Positions 33,377-35,160 of a DNA stretch of 35,160 nucleotides are shown piece after piece. The position numbers and the translations under genes are program-made. The DNA is taken from the NCBI RefSeq assembly GCF_018977255.1, contig NW_024705549.1:1-35160 (forward strand), written 5' to 3'. The notes below the pieces were generated by a model, which was given only the letters and a program-made list of their open reading frames with translations, ran no database searches and was not told the DNA's origin. Each line of letters starts with the position of its first letter. The first letter of the stretch is position 1. The DNA comes from Callorhinchus milii. Taxonomy: Eukaryota.

Positions 33377-35160
33377 GACTTAAACACTGCCATCCATAGA
33401 CTCAGGACTTCACTCATACACTCAACACTGCACCCATAGACTCAACACTGTCATCCATAGAGTCAGCAGTGCCAGGAATAGACTAAGCAATGCCACCCAT
33501 GAGACGCAACACAGCCACCCATAGAATTAACATTGCCAACTATACACTCAACACTGCCACCCATAGAGTCAGCATTGCCACCCATTGACTCAATACTGCC
33601 ACCCATAAGACTCAGCACTGTCACCCATAGAGTCAGCACTGCCACCCATACACTCAACACTGCCACCCATAGCGTCAGCACTGCAACCCAAACACTCAGC
33701 ACTACCACCCATAGACTCAACACTGCCACCCATAGAATTAACACTGCCACCCATAGACTCAACACTGCTACCCACAAGACTCAACACTGCCACCCATAGA
33801 GTCAGCACTGACACCCACAGACTCAACACTGCCACCCATAGAGTCAGCACTGCCACCCATACACTCAACACTGCCACCAACAGAGTCAGCATTGCTACCA
33901 TAGACTCAACTCTGCCACCCATAAGAATAAGCACTGCCACCCATAGAGTCAGCACTGCAACCCAAACATCCAGCACTGCCACCCATAGACTCAACACTGC
34001 ACCCGCATAAGTAACATTGCCAACCATACACTCAACACTGCCACCCATAAGACTCAGCACTGCCACCCATAGAGTCAGCACTGCAACCCATACATTCAGC
34101 ACTGCCACCCATAAACTCAGCACTGCCACCCATAGAGTCAGCACTGAAACCCATGCACTCAGCACTGCCACCCAAGGACTCAACACCGTCATCCATAGAG
34201 TCAGAAGTGCCAGCAATAGACTCAGCACTGCTACCCACAAGCCTCAACACTGCCACCCATAGAGTCAGCACTGACACCCACAAGACTCAACACTGCCACC
34301 CATAGAGTCAGCACTGCCACCCATACACTCAACAAAGCCACCCATAGAGTCAGCATTGCTACCCATAGACTCAACAATGCCACCCATAAGACTCAGAACT
34401 GCCACCCATAGAGTCAGCACTGAAACCCATACACTCAGCGCTGCCACACATAGAGTCAGATTTGCTACCCATAGACTTAACACTGCCACCCATAAGACTC
34501 AACACTGCCACCCATAGAGTCAGCCCTGCAACCCATACACTCAGCACTGCCACCCATAGAATGAACACTGCCACCCATAAGAATCAGCACTGCCACCCAT
34601 ATAGTCAGCACTGAAACCCATACACTCAGCACTGCCACCAAAAGACTCAACACTGTCATCCATCAAGTCAGAAGTGCCAGCAATAGACTGACCACTGCCA
34701 CCCATGAGACTCAACACTGCCACCCATAGAGTCAGCATTGCCACCCATAGACTCAATACTGCCACCCATAAGACTCAGCACTGCCACCCATAAAGTCAGC
34801 ACTGAAACCCATGCACTCAGCACTGCCACCCAAGGAATCAACACCGTCATCCATAGAGTCAGAAGTGCCAGCAATAGACTCAGCACTGCCACCCATAGAG
34901 TCAGCACTGCCACATATACACTCAACTCTTCCACCCATAGAGTCAGCACTGCAACCCAAACACTCAGCACTGCACCCAACACTCAACACTGCACCCGTAG
35001 AGTCAGCACTGACACCCACAAGACTCAACACTGCCACCCATAGAGTCAGCACTGCCACCCATACACTCAACACTGCACCAATAGAGTCAGCATTGCTACC
35101 ATAGACTCAACACTGCTACCCATAAGACTCAGCACTGCCACCCATAGAGTCAGCAATGCC
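33377..35160. repeat. 21-22-bp satellite array running off the window
   Basis: catagactca(a/g)cactgccacc alternating with catagagtcagcactgccacc. Confidence 0.95.

Noticed and set aside
33463..35104. Numerous ORFs (WVAVLSL..., STATHR...)
   Set aside because: Translations of a 21-bp satellite on both strands.

Overview
Repeat-dense animal genomic DNA, probably from a fish-like vertebrate. The mix of Chapaev3, fish-type Tc1, Rex1/Rex3 and a V-SINE would fit a lamprey, but that is inference. The + strand carries four phase-compatible internal exons of a PARP14-like macro-PARP gene: 5265-5519, 9657-9881, 12736-14991 and 17286-17396. They encode RRM-like, KH-like region, macrodomain 1 and the start of macrodomain 2. 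The large exon has a frameshift near 13040 that looks like homopolymer errors, and macrodomain 1 lacks the canonical ADP-ribose-binding/hydrolase motifs. Neither the start nor the end of the gene is visible. The rest is mostly degraded LINEs (RTE, L2/Crack, CR1-like, Rex1, Rex3), Penelope-like elements, a Gypsy pol fragment, DNA transposons (Tc1, Chapaev3, hAT MITEs), SINEs and satellites. The most notable non-coding signal is a set of Penelope-type terminal repeats carrying minimal type I hammerhead ribozyme motifs: four copies of one family with compensatory stem II changes, plus one degenerate copy of another family. One copy sits in a ~450 bp palindrome bounded by an 11-bp duplication. Two protein-like, exon-shaped islands on the - strand near 32 kb remain unidentified.
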